Under the pieces are notes generated by a model that was not told where the DNA came from, did not search any database, and worked only from the letters and a program-made list of their open reading frames with translations. A stretch of 63,420 nucleotides of DNA, filler included, from Octopus bimaculoides (taxonomy: Eukaryota), in NCBI RefSeq assembly GCF_001194135.2. It is 6 parts of 6 records of this genome, joined end to end, with 100 filler letters (N's around TTAATTAATTAA, not from the genome) between each part and the next. Parts side by side here need not be neighbours in the genome. Positions count along the whole stretch, not along the records: positions 1 to 10,331 come from NC_068995.1; positions 10,432 to 22,979 come from NC_068982.1; 4 more parts are not named here. The stretch is one strand, 5' to 3'. Position 1 is the stretch's first letter; each line of letters opens with the position of its first letter. Positions 1 to 12,122 of the stretch are shown piece by piece. The translations under genes and the position numbers were made by a program.

Positions 1-1930
1 AAAAAAACCCCTTCGGACAGGGGATTTCGAAAGCTAAAATATGACCTTTTCCTTTGTCATCTCACTCCCGTGCTAGTCTCACTCACAACCACCCCGCCTT
101 CACTCAATTACCCTTTCAGTCGTATTCCGTCGCCCCCCAGTAATAAAACCAAACAACGGAGCCGGACATTGTATGGACACTTGACCTTTTACTAATAATA
201 ATATTCTTACCCTTTTTCTTCTTTTTATTAATCTTTTATTAGTTTCAGAATTCAACTGTTGAACTTACAGCCATTCCAGGGCATCGCTTCCAAGTTTTTT
301 TATCTGCTTCTTGTTTTCTTTTTCTTTTCTATTTTCTTGTTTCTTTTTTTTTTCTTTTTGTTCTATGTATGTGTGTGTCTTGTATTGTGTCTCACTTTGT
401 TTAGTGCCTAATTCCGCGTTCTCTTAAACACAGGAAGATGTGAAGTGAACATTAATGTAAGGGAATATGACTTCAGTTTAGACAGGAATTCCGTAGTATT
501 CTGCATTTCATTGTACCAGGCTGGGATCGAGACATTCGACTAAAAATTCTTTGAGGTGGTGCTCCAACATGGTCGCAATCTGATTACTGAAACAGGTAAA
601 AGGCAAAAGATACAACCACCTCAAAGAATTTTTAGTCGAATGTCTGGACCCCAGCCTGGTACAATGAAATGCAGAATACTGCGAAATTCCTGTCTAATGG
701 AGTCATATATATATTTATATATTTATATATATATACATATATGTATATATAGATATATAGGGCAGGGAATCGTCAATTAGTAATAAAATTAATAATTAAC
801 AATTTTGCCGGGTAGCTCAGTATGAAAAAACCTTTATCGGTAAAACCATTTATAATCATAAATATATAGGGATTAGCAGTAACCTGCTTCTCCAACATAC
901 TGAGAATTCAGAAATAGCAGCCAAAGAACTACTGATTCCAAAACTACAATTTTTTCTCTAATGGATAGCGATATCTATGATATNNNNNNNNNNNNNNNNN
1001 NNNNNNNNNNNNNNNNNNNNNNNNNNNNNNNNNNNNNNNNNNNNNNNNNNNNNNNNNNNNNNNNNNNNNNNNNNNNNNNNNNNNNNNNNNNNNNNNNNNN
1101 NNNNNNNNNNNNNNNNNNNNNNNNNNNNNNNNNNNNNNNNNNNNNNNNNNNNNNNNNNNNNNNNNNNNNNNNNNNNNNNNNNNNNNNNNNNNNNNNNNNN
1201 NNNNNNNNNNNNNNNNNNNNNNNNNNNNNNNNNNNNNNNNNNNNNNNNNNNNNNNNNNNNNNNNNNNNNNNNNNNNNNNNNNNNNNNNNNNNNNNNNNNN
1301 NNNNNNNNNNNNNNNNNNNNNNNNNNNNNNNNNNNNNNNNNNNNNNNNNNNNNNNNNNNNNNNNNNNNNNNNNNNNNNNNNNNNNNNNNNNNNNNNNNNN
1401 NNNNNNNNNNNNNNNNNNNNNNNNNNNNNNNNNNNNNNNNNNNNNNNNNNNNNNNNNNNNNNNNNNNNNNNNNNNNNNNNNNNNNNNNNNNNNNNNNNNN
1501 NNNNNNNNNNNNNNNNNNNNNNNNNNNNNNNNNNNNNNNNGTGGTGGTGTGGCGCGTAGACCTCTACAAGGCTTCCCCACCTCCCAACACCATCGCGCCA
1601 CTCCACACACCACTACACCATACACCACCATATCACACAACACATCACATCACAACACACCACCACGCACACACCAGCACTGACCACTTCCCAGCCCCAC
1701 ATCTTCACACCTACACATATACACACGTCATGATCACCAGCCCTCTTCCACACGCACATACAAACTCTCTTATACACACGCACACGCACCTTCGTTTTGG
1801 TATCACCACTACTTTATTATCTCCCCTTCTCCCTACCTCTCCTGTGTGAGCCTTCTATCCGGCATTTGCCATGATAGATCGCTAGCCACTACACATTCAT
1901 TATTTTCTCTCCTTGTTTCTTTCTGTGTTC

Positions 1931-1966
1931 CTTTCTGTGGAAGAGCGTAGGCTCGAAACGTTAAAG
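1931..1966 (+). ncRNA. Minimal type I hammerhead-like motif (core variant CUGUGGA) at the end of a Penelope-type terminal repeat, truncated by a gap
   Basis: Stem I CTTT(1931-34)/AAAG(1963-66); core CTGTGGA+A; stem II GAGC-GTAG-GCTC; GAAAC; cleavage triplet GTT; palindromic ACGT stem III. Confidence 0.6.
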
Positions 1967-2564
1967 NNNNNNNNNNNNNNNNNNNNNNNNNNNNNNNNNN
2001 NNNNNNNNNNNNNNNNNNNNNNNNNNNNNNNNNNNNNNNNNNNNNNNNNNNNNNNNNNNNNNNNNNNNNNNNNNNNNNNNNNNNNNNNNNNNNNNNNNNN
2101 NNNNNNNNNNNNNNNNNNNNNNNNNNNNNNNNNNNNNNNNNNNNNNNNNNNNNNNNNNNNNNNNNNNNNNNNNNNNNTATATATATACATACATACATAC
2201 ATACATACATACATACATACATACATACATACACATACACACACACACACACAGTGAGATAATATTCTTTAGAGGCGTAGATGATTTTAATAAATCAAGA
2301 ACTTATGGCGTATGATATCTGAGATATCTGAATATGTCTATGTGTATATAAGTGCATGTGTGGTGGTGGTGGGGGGTAGTTAGGTAAGTAATCAGTCTCC
2401 GACGTTAGAGAATAAAAAGCATTGAAACCCATCGTACCGATATTCTGTTTCTAATCACAGAAATGATAAACAAATAAAACTAATTTATCCACGGAGAATA
2501 CATTTCAGACCGGAGTTTAGAAACGTTTCTTTAAATCAAATTCTATAAAGTTACCTTACATTTC

Positions 2565-2622
<58 letters not shown>
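2565..2622. repeat. (TAA)n microsatellite
   Basis: Direct reading. Confidence 0.95.
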
Positions 2623-2623
<1 letters not shown>

Positions 2624-3427
2624 TATGATGACTGAAATCACACATCCTCTTAAAAATAGCACATTATTAATGTAGTCCCAGTATCTTCTGAAACATCAGG
2701 AATTTCACATCTGGAATCTTTATGATCATAGATCGATTCGGTCAGGTTTCTCTTGGTGCGTACAAACAACAACAACAACAGTTTATTTCTAAAGGTGTCT
2801 TTTGTTTATATTTTTTTATTATAAATTCCAATACCTATTGGTGCTTTTATGTCCGATAAACATCAGATTGATGTCGACGCCTCCTAATCACGTGAAAACC
2901 AAATCCTGCTCTCAACCACGTCTTACAGTTCATAAAACAAACTTCATAATTTCAAAAAGGGAAAAGTTTACCTTGGCTTTGAAGTTTGTTGGTTTTATTT
3001 TAATTCTCAGAAGAAACTGTAAAAAGAAAAAGTGGGGAGTTATCTTTGCATACATGCATATGTACTTGTGTGTGTATATAAATACATATGTACATATATA
3101 CATACATTTACATATATATACAGATATATATATGTAAATGTATTTGCGTGTGTATGTATAAAAAATACATAGGTATATACACATATGCGTGTGTATATGT
3201 GTGTGTGTGTATGTGCGTATGTATTCGTGTGGGCATACATACATATGCATACATGTGTGTGTGTGTGTGTGTGTTGTAAGGTACTAAATGTGACTGACAC
3301 TAGTAAGTAGTAGATTCTCTTTTCTACTCTAGGCACAAGTATTAATACTTTGATACAATAGAGCACTCAATATAAATTCAGTATATAATATTCTCATTGA
3401 ATATATTTAACTAAAGATTTATGTTTG

Positions 3428-3462
<35 letters not shown>

Positions 3463-3882
3463 NNNNNNNNNNNNNNNNNNNNNNNNNNNNNNNNNNNNNN
3501 NNNNNNNNNNNNNNNNNNNNNNNNNNNNNNNNNNNNNNNNNNNNNNNNNNNNNNNNNNNNNNNNNNNNNNNNNNNNNNNNNNNNNNNNNNNNNNNNNNNN
3601 NNNNNNNNNNNNNNNNNNNNNNNNNNNNNNNNNNNNNNNNNNNNNNNNNNNNNNNNNNNNNNNNNNNNNNNNNNNNAGTTCTACTTATTTATTTATCTAT
3701 TTATTTATCTATTTATTTATTATATCTTTCTCCGTTTTCTTCCTCTTTAGACGAACTTTCCTACCTTTTCGGACAAAACCTTTTGTAACCTTCGTCCTGT
3801 CTTTGTCCATATATGTTTTTAATTGATATTAGCCCTTGTGGCCAATAAAACGAATTTATTATTATTATTATTATTATTATTA

Positions 3883-4097
3883 GGGCGGTGAGCTGACAGA
3901 ATCTTTAATACGCCGAGCAAATTGATGTAGCGGCATTTCGTCTGTTTTTACGTTCTGAGTTCTGAGTTCAAATTCCGTCGAGGTTGACTTTGTCTTTCAT
4001 CCTTTCGAGGTCGATAAAGTACCAGTTGAACACTGGTTTCGATGTAATCGACTAGCACCCTCCCCCAAAATTTCTGGCCTTATGCCTTTAATAGAAA
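3883..4097 (+). mobile_element. tRNA-derived SINE, family B (head GGCGGTGAGCTG..., body GAGGTCGACTTTGCCTTTCATCCTTTCGGGGTCGATAA)
   Basis: The same head and body recur more than 10 times in the window; B-box-like GAGTTCAAATTCC. Confidence 0.85.
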
Positions 4098-4189
4098 GTA
4101 TTATTATATTTTATTATTATTTTTGTCTAAGATGAGGAGCTTTTTTTTTTCTCTCTTTCTCCTATAAAAGTCGTTTTCTGCTCTTCATA

Positions 4190-4575
4190 ACAGTTCTAAC
4201 TTTATATAGAGAACTTTCTGGATAATACTTCCTAAAACATGTAGACAGGCTTCCTATACAGCACCAACACCCAGATTAAAATTTAGCTTTCCGAAGTTTG
4301 CTCTCAAATTCTTCGTCACTGTTCCCAAGACCCCCAATGATAAATGGCAGGATTATAACCTTGTTAATTTGTTTGTTCCAGTACATGACCATTTCATACT
4401 TCAAGACTGTATAAATCTCTACTTTCCCCTTTTTCCTTTTTCTTAACTCTCTTATCAAATGGTTATGCCACATCGATTACAAGACACAGTTTCGTTTTCT
4501 TATCAAAGACTTTTTATCCCCCTTTTTTCTTAACTCTAATATCAAGTGGATATGTCACGTCCATTATTAAGATAC
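4190..4575 (-). mobile_element. R4/Dong-like non-LTR retrotransposon 3' remnant (restriction-like endonuclease domain)
   Basis: Minus strand reads ...FDKKTKLCLVIDVA*PFDKRVKKKEKGKVEIYTVLKYEMVMYW...VIILPFIIGGLG..., matching the IIDVAVP..D..KE.EK..KY..L / PIVIGALG RLE pattern. Contains stops and an internal ~85-bp duplication. Confidence 0.75.
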
Positions 4576-4591
4576 GTCTTCTTATCAACAA

Positions 4592-4593
<2 letters not shown>

Positions 4594-4651
<58 letters not shown>

Positions 4652-4667
4652 GCTACTACTAATGCTA

Positions 4668-4700
<33 letters not shown>
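4594..4700. repeat. Compound (TAC)n/(ATT)n microsatellite
   Basis: Direct reading. Confidence 0.95.
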
Positions 4701-4702
<2 letters not shown>

Positions 4703-4809
4703 TCTTTACTCTCTTTACTTGTTTCAGTCATTTGACTGCGGCCATGCTGGAGCACCGCCTTTAGTCGAGCTAATCGACCCCAGGACTTATTCTTTGTAAG
4801 CCTAGTACT
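4700..4809 (-). mobile_element. SINE family A 3' end (runs into a gap)
   Basis: Reverse complement of the tail GGCGGTGCTCCAGCATGGCCGCAGTCAAATGACTGAAACAAGTAAAAGAG. Confidence 0.85.
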
Positions 4810-5777
4810 NNNNNNNNNNNNNNNNNNNNNNNNNNNNNNNNNNNNNNNNNNNNNNNNNNNNNNNNNNNNNNNNNNNNNNNNNNNNNNNNNNNNNNNNNNN
4901 NNNNNNNNNNNNNNNNNNNNNNNNNNNNNNNNNNNNNNNNNNNNNNNNNNNNNNNNNNNNNNNNNNNNNNNNNNNNNNNNNNNNNNNNNNNNNNNNNNNN
5001 NNNNNNNNNNNNNNNNNNNNNNNNNNNNNNNNNNNNNNNNNNNNNNNNNNNNNNNNNNNNNNNNNNNNNNNNNNNNNNNNNNNNNNNNNNNNNNNNNNNN
5101 NNNNNNNNNNNNNNNNNNNNNNNNNNNNNNNNNNNNNNNNNNNNNNNNNNNNNNNNNNNNNNNNNNNNNNNNNNNNNNNNNNNNNNNNNNNNNNNNNNNN
5201 NNNNNNNNNNNNNNNNNNNNNNNNNNNNNNNNNNNNNNNNNNNNNNNNNNNNNNNNNNNNNNNNNNNNNNNNNNNNNNNNNNNNNNNNNNNNNNNNNNNN
5301 NNNNNNNNNNNNNNNNNNNNNNNNNNNNNNNNNNNNNNNNNNNNNNNNNNNNNNNNNNNNNNNNNNNNNNNNNNNNNNNNNNNNNNNNNNNNNNNNNNNN
5401 NNNNNNNNNNNNNNNNNNNNNNNNNNNNNNNNNNNNNNNNNNNNNNNNNNNNNNNNNNNNNNNNNNNNNNNNNNNNNNNNNNNNNNNNNNNNNNNNNNNN
5501 NNNNNNNNNNNNNNNNNNNNNNNNNNNNNNNNNNNNNNNNNNNNNNNNNNNNNNNNNNNNNNNNNNNNNNNNNNNNNNNNNNNNNNNNNNNNNNNNNNNN
5601 NNNNNNNNNNNNNNNNNNNNNNNNNNNNNNNNNNNNNNNNNNNNNNNNNNNNNNNNNNNNNNNNNNNNNNNNNNNNNNNNNNNNNNNNNNNNNNNNNNNN
5701 NNNNNNNNNNNNNNNNNNNNNNNNNNNNNNNNNNNNNNNNNNNNNNNNNNNNNNNNNNNNNNNNNNNNNNNNNNNNT

Positions 5778-5920
5778 GCAACTGGTACTTTATTTATCGA
5801 CCTCGAAAGGATGAAAGGCAAAGTCGACCTCGGCGGAATTTGAACTCAGAACGTAACGGCAGACGAAATACCGCTAAGCATTTCGCCCAGCGTGCTATCG
5901 TTCCTGCCAGCTCGCCGCCT
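5778..5920 (-). mobile_element. SINE family B, 5' part
   Basis: Reverse complement of the family B head and body. Confidence 0.85.
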
Positions 5921-6268
5921 TACAAGAAACACAATGCTTTCTTGTCCGACAAATTCACCGAGGAAAGGACGATGAGAGAGGTGGCAGATCACTGTTTTGC
6001 CAACAAAATGAGAGAGACTTTCTGTGTGCCTTCAAAGGAAGAATATGAGGAATCTCACGCTATTATGTGGCAAAGAATATGTTCCGTTGCCTGAGGCAGG
6101 CCATCTGGTATTTAAGACGGAGAATAAACCGAGAAGGTACATGTAATTTGTGCCCTGTATAACTACTTGCATGATATCGCTGCAGTTTAGAGGGGAAAGA
6201 TATACAAGGTACATAGTCAGAACTACTGGTACCGATGTTGACCGTTGGCTTGCCATTATCCATCCTTG

Positions 6269-6599
6269 TGTGAAGGCGCGTGGCTTAGTGGTTAGGGCAT
6301 TCGGCTCACGATTGTAAGATCGTGAGCTCAATTCCAGCCGACGCGTTGTGTCCTAGAGCAAGACACTTTATTTCACGTTGCTCCAGTTCACTCAGCTGGC
6401 AAAAATGAGTAGAACCTGTATTTCAAAGGGCCGGCCTTGTCACACTCTGTGTCACGCTGAATCTCCCTGTGAACTACGTTAGGGGTACACGTGTCTGTGG
6501 ATTGCTCAGTCACTTGCACGCTAATATCACGAGCAAGCTGTTCCGGATCGGATCAGCTGGGACCCTCGTCGTCGTAACCGACGGAGTGCTCCTTCCTTC
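6269..6599 (+). mobile_element. Full-length tRNA-derived SINE, family C, with 11-bp target-site duplication
   Basis: A-box TGGCTTAGTGG; body TGTGTCCTAGAGCAAGACACTT; TSD ATCCATCCTTG at 6258-6268 and 6600-6610. Confidence 0.9.
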
Positions 6600-8147
6600 A
6601 TCCATCCTTGTTGCACAACAGAAGCAGACGGTACTCGCGGAGGTGAGCCACAACAACATATGATCTGCTGGGATTTTGCATGGACATCTCGTACATTAAG
6701 AATCTCAGTGACCATTCTGGTGAGGATGGCTGAGTGTTGTGGTTAACAAGGAAAATATGAAGTGTACTCAATACGGGTGCCAACTAGAAGAGAGAAGATC
6801 AAGTCGAGAGTGCATGATTTGGGAGGGGATGACACGTGATCAACCAGTTCCGAGAAGACCATATAGTTGCGGTAGAAAAAGGCAGAAAGGGGAGACACAG
6901 AATGGATGGTCACCACATGCAATATGTTGGCGAGTGAATTCATATCAATTAGTCAGATAGCCTTTTGGGGGTGAAAGATGTGGTCGGAGATGTCTGTGTG
7001 TGCAGTAGAAGTACTGTCCAAGATATGGGAACAGAACCCTATATTAAATGTATCATTCCCTTTGCAGACGATAATGCGTTAAGAGAGATTTGGTTGTTAT
7101 ACTTGGCACGTCGAACGACCACGTAGTGGTTTCGTCATTGGGTTTATTGCAGCCCACCTTCTCGTTGACTTATCAATTTTTTAAATTTTTTTTTCACAGT
7201 TGCAAGTGAAGTGAGCGACTTACAACGAATAACCTTGAAGGAAAGATTTATATTTACAAGGAAAACATATTCTCTTCGCCATTTCTTAATACTTTAATTA
7301 CAAAATGCAAGATGAAAATAGAATAGACGCTCGTTCTTGCCAATTATTTCCTCTGAATGCCCTCCAAGCTTCCAACAAACTCTCGACAATGACACACAGC
7401 CAATAATAACTGCAGCAGCAGCAGCAGCAGCAAGAATATCAACAACAACGACGACGACTATGGTACCAACAACAACAACAACAATAATAATAATGATAAT
7501 AATAATAATAACAACAACAACAATGATAATAATGATAGTGTAATGAATGCAATAAAACGAAACATTTCTCTTTTTGTCACAAAAGAAGAATGTATGCAAT
7601 AAGGTGTAATGATAAGCACAGATAAATATACATACATATAATAGTGTGTGTGTATATGTATATATATAGCCAACCATCTGTGTATCTATATCTATTTATC
7701 TACCTATCTATTTATTAGTGTTTATAGTGTTTTATATAAGATTTTTTCTTATACATGCCTATAACGAACTTTATACACATATATATATATATATATATAT
7801 ATANNNNNNNNNNNNNNNNNNNNNNNNNNNNNNNNNNNNNNNNNNNNNNNNNNNNNNNNNNNNNNNNNNNNNNNNNNNNNNNNNNNNNNNNNNNNNNNNN
7901 NNNNNNNNNNNNNNNNNNNNNNNNNNNNNNNNNNNNNNNNNNNNNNNNNNNNNNNNNNNNNNNNNNNNNNNNNNNNNNNNNNNNNNNNNNNNNNNNNNNN
8001 NNNNNNNNNNNNNNNNNNNNNNNNNNNNNNNNNNNNNNNNNNNNNNNNNNNNNNNNNNNNNNNNNNNNNNNNNNNNNNNNNNNNNNNNNNNNNNNNNNNN
8101 NNNNNNNNNNNNNNNNNNNNNNNNNNNNNNNNNNNNNNNNNNNNNNA

Positions 8148-8291
8148 AAGAATAAGTCATGGGGTCGATTTGCTCGACTAAAGGCGGTGCTCCGGCATGG
8201 CCGCACTCAAATGACTGAAACAAGTAAAAGAGTAAAAGAATATATATAAGATGGCGCCCCAGCACGGCCGCAGTCTAATGACTGAAACAGG

Positions 8292-8295
<4 letters not shown>
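8148..8295 (+). mobile_element. SINE family A 3' end followed by a second, shorter tail copy
   Basis: Two successive copies of ...GC(T/C)CC(G/A)GCA(T/C)GGCCGCA..AATGACTGAAACA. Confidence 0.8.
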
Positions 8296-8334
<39 letters not shown>

Positions 8335-8952
8335 AGTGTGCATAGTGTTGAACGGGTGAAGATCGAACCCAGTACTCCGTTGTTATTTATTTTATCAACA
8401 CCGAGAATGATAAAACGTAAACGTGAAGATAGACACCTGACTAAATAACTACACAACTATTTCTTTGATGCTCTACCGATTACGCTAAATCACCTTTTTT
8501 ATTTATTGCTTTCGACAAAAATATAAGGTTTCCCCATTAGACCCATCATGACGGGAGAAAAGAATATTTGAAAGTGTCCTCATCTTTGGTAAGAACTTAT
8601 AATCTTGACCCTTGCTTTAACGAAAGTGAAAACAGACCCACGTCGTGATTTGAACTCAGAACGAATACGTGAGGCGCTCACTTGTATTCTGCTAATTACT
8701 GCAATAATCAATTAACAGCTGAGTTTTTCTAGTGAAATAATTACACTGGATGTCTGTCGACAACTAATTGAGCAGCTGAGTTCGCTTTTAATAACTGACT
8801 AATTATGGTGACACACCCACATACACGCGCACACACTCATATACTCAAACACATGTACACACACGTATATACAGATACACACCAACTCCATACGTCCATG
8901 TGTAAGCGAATGCGGTGGCATTGATGCATGCATACAAACACACATACATACA

Positions 8953-8991
<39 letters not shown>

Positions 8992-9322
8992 NNNNNNNNN
9001 NNNNNNNNNNNNNNNNNNNNNNNNNNNNNNNNNNNNNNNNNNNNNNNNNNNNNNNNNNNNNNNNNNNNNNNNNNNNNNNNNNNNNNNNNNNNNNNNNNNN
9101 NNNNNNNNNNNNNNNNNNNNNNNNNNNNNNNNNNNNNNNNNNNNNNNNNNNNNNNNNNNNNNNNNNNNNNNNNNNNNNNNNNNNNNNNNNNNNNNNNNNN
9201 NNNNNNNNNNNNNNNNNNNNNNNNNNNNNNNNNNNNNNNNNNNNNNNNNNNNNNNNNNNNNNNNNNNNNNNNNNNNNNNNNNNNNNNNNNNNNNNNNNNN
9301 NNNNNNNNNNTATATAAATATA

Positions 9323-9355
<33 letters not shown>

Positions 9356-10084
9356 ATATGTATGTACGTATTTATGTATATACTCATATCCATACACATA
9401 TATCATAGTTATGTATATAAATATATATGTACACACACACACACACACACACACATACACACACACATACACACACACATACATATATGTATATAAGCGG
9501 ACATAAATCTCTACATAATATATATATACATGCGCACACATACAGCAAATTACTCGCTGCTTTTTATTGCAACGAATCGATCGACGACTGGTTATTGATT
9601 AATGATTGTTCGAATGGAGGGTGCCAAGTACGGTCTACCCGGTTGTTATATAAGAAACAATCTTTTCTAAGAACAATGATTCACAAACCCTGCCATCTCA
9701 TAATATTTTATCCCAAGATTAATCTTTTGGAAAACTTAAAACTGAAAAACAAAACAATTTCTATCAATAAATCGATAACTCAACCAACCAGTCAATCATA
9801 AGATCATAGATCGATATTTATTTATTTATTCATCCCAAGTATCAATTGTTTGACTTACTCGAATCAAGATGTCTGACACGCACAAAACAAGGTTACTGCT
9901 TCTATCGACTTTCGGAAGAGGGTTTCTCTTGAAGTAAAGCAATTTCACTTTCACCGCCGCCACCACCACCACCACTAGCAGCAACAACAACAACAACAAC
10001 AACAACAGCAGTAGTATCATCATCATCATCATCATCATCATCAACAACAGGAACTACAGCAGTAACAATTGTTGTTGTTGTTGT

Positions 10085-10331
10085 CGGCACTCCGTCGCTT
10101 ACGATGACGAGGGTTCCAGTTGATCCGATCAACGGAACAGCCTGCTCGTGAAATTAACGTGCAAGTGGCTGAGCACTCCACAGACACGTGTACCCTTAAC
10201 GTAGTTCTCGGGGATATTCAGCGTGACAAGGCTGACCCTTTGAATTACAGGCACAACAGAAACAAGAAGTAAGAGTGAGAGAAAGTTGTGGTGGAAGAGT
10301 ACAGCAGGGTTCGCCACCATCCCCTGCCGAA
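10085..10331 (-). mobile_element. SINE family C variant (runs into a gap spacer)
   Basis: Reverse complement shares GAGAACTACGTTAAGGGTACACGTGTCTGTGGAGTGCTCAGCCACTTGCACG with the 6269 copy. Confidence 0.8.
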
Positions 10332-10431
10332 NNNNNNNNNNNNNNNNNNNNNNNNNNNNNNNNNNNNNNNNNNNNTTAATTAATTAANNNNNNNNNNNNN
10401 NNNNNNNNNNNNNNNNNNNNNNNNNNNNNNN
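10332..10431. other. Assembly spacer 44N + TTAATTAATTAA + 44N (also 22980-23079, 52027-52126, 57267-57366, 60789-60888)
   Basis: Five identical 100-bp units; the 12-mer gives stops in all six frames. Confidence 0.95.
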
Positions 10432-10907
10432 CTTTGAGGTTTTAACTTTTAGTAACTCCAATTAAATCCAGAGACAAAGTTTATGTAACAAAAACCCATA
10501 AATATATAAATAAGGGTGTGGTTGTTTTTTTCCTTTTGTTGGATTTTGGTGTCGTCAGAATTAAAATTGAAATGAAACTGAACAAAGGAAAGAAAAGAGA
10601 ATTGTAAACTAATGGATTTTATATGAAAGTTGGTGCTGCGTGTCTTTCTCATTCTTTTTACAGTCTTTCTCTCCACCCCCTATGTGTGTGTGTGTAGGAT
10701 TCTATGGTTTACAAGTTTACTTTGCAAGCTTGTGGTTTGGGGTTTGGTCTCTCATTGCAAAGCACCTTGTGCAGGTGCTGACCCAATACAATAGTTTTGT
10801 TTGAAACCAGTCTGTAGCACAAGAAAGGTTGAGGGCAATGATGATTTTATACGCACACACACATATTCTCGCATTGTTCTAGCTTTACACAACAATATTC
10901 TTTAAAA

Positions 10908-11517
10908 TAGGGAGAAAAACTAGAGGTGGTTGATAGCTTCCGCTATCTGGGTGACCAAGTTAGTAGTGGGGGTGGGTGCACTGAAAGTGGAAAGTGTAGC
11001 TGCTAGAATAAGAATAGCCTGGGCAAGGTTCAGAGAGCTCTTACCTCTGCTGGCGACAAAGGGACTCTTACTCAGAGTAAAAGGCAGACTGTATGACGCA
11101 TGTGTACGAACAGCCATGCTACATGGCAGTGAAACATGGGCTGTGACTGCTGAGGACATGCGTAAGCTTGCAAGGAATGAAGCCAGTATGCTCCGATGGA
11201 TGTATAATGTCAATGTGCATACCCGACAGAGTGTAAGCATCTTGAGAGAAAAGCTGAACATAAGAAGCATCAGTTGTGGTGTGCAAGAGAGACGATTGCG
11301 CTGGTATGGACATGTGGCGAGAATGGATGAGTATAGCTGCGTGAAAAAGTGTCAAACCCTAACAGTTGAAGGAACCCGTGGAAGAGGTAGGCCCAGGAAG
11401 ACCTGGGCTGAGGTGGTGAGGCAAGATCTTCGAACATTGGGCCTCACCGAGGCGATGACTTCTGACCGAGACCTTTGGAAATATGCTGTGCGTGAGAAGA
11501 CCTGGCAAGCGAAGTGA
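10908..11517 (+). pseudogene. RTE-clade LINE ORF2 C-terminus (5'-truncated, frameshifted), with probable 3' UTR to ~11690
   Basis: FRYLGDQVSSGGG then (frameshift) ESVAARIRIAWARFRELLPLL...YDACVRTAMLHGSETW...RRLRWYGHVARM...GRGRPRKTW, typical RTE RT-thumb and C-terminal motifs. Confidence 0.9.
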
Positions 11518-11748
11518 GACCTAAATCCAAGACCTCTGCCAGGGGTGTAGCCAGCCCACTTATGCGTACCTTTCCTTCATTGGACACGAAACTCAGCTTG
11601 CGAAGACTTATTGAGGCAAGCGAAAGCGAAATCGGGATGGCACCTGTGCCCAGCATTGCCTTTCTGGCACTTGTGCCCGTGACATGTGTAAGGATTTTTG
11701 AGCAAGATTGTTGCCACAAGAGACAGTCTCCAGAATATGCAGTAGATT

Positions 11749-12011
11749 CATTATATACGTTATTTACATTTGACAGATATTTGTCCTCATCTTGTTTGTT
11801 GTTAACACAACATCTCGGCTGATATACCCTCCAGCCTGCATCAGGTGTCTTGGGGAAATTTCGAACCTGGGTTCTCATTCCTAAGGTAGTTTTCGATTAG
11901 AAAAATGACTATTTTTAAATCTCACAACATGAAGTATTGAGCAATAGTACTTTGTAGTAAAGTTTGTTTGCCAACATAACATGGCAGTCCTGGTTTTCGA
12001 TGTTATTATTA

Positions 12012-12046
<35 letters not shown>

Positions 12047-12110
12047 TATGTCACTACCTGGAATCGAACTTGGGATCTTAGGGTTAGTAGCCCATGCTCT
12101 TAACCACTAC
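11749..12110 (-). mobile_element. Hammerhead-tailed tRNA-SINE, inverted copy (degenerate ribozyme, ~95-bp insert, expanded (TTA)n)
   Basis: Reverse complement of the 12123-12382 unit; B-box AGTTCGATTCC (12060-12070); ribozyme core mutated to CTGATGC...GAGAT. Confidence 0.85.
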
Positions 12111-12122
12111 ACTCTTAACCAC

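Noticed and set aside
5921-7040. Coding-like, purine-rich DNA around the 6269 SINE
   Set aside because: Probably a heavily decayed retroelement, but I could not recover a convincing motif, so it is left unannotated.
10376-10387. Recurrent TTAATTAATTAA 12-mer (five copies)
   Set aside because: Always centred in 44N+12+44N; a six-frame-stop scaffolding linker, not biological.
10930-10990. N-terminus of the 195-aa ORF (MIASAIWVTKLVVGVG)
   Set aside because: Out-of-frame sequence upstream of a frameshift; the true RTE frame reads FRYLGDQVSSGGG.
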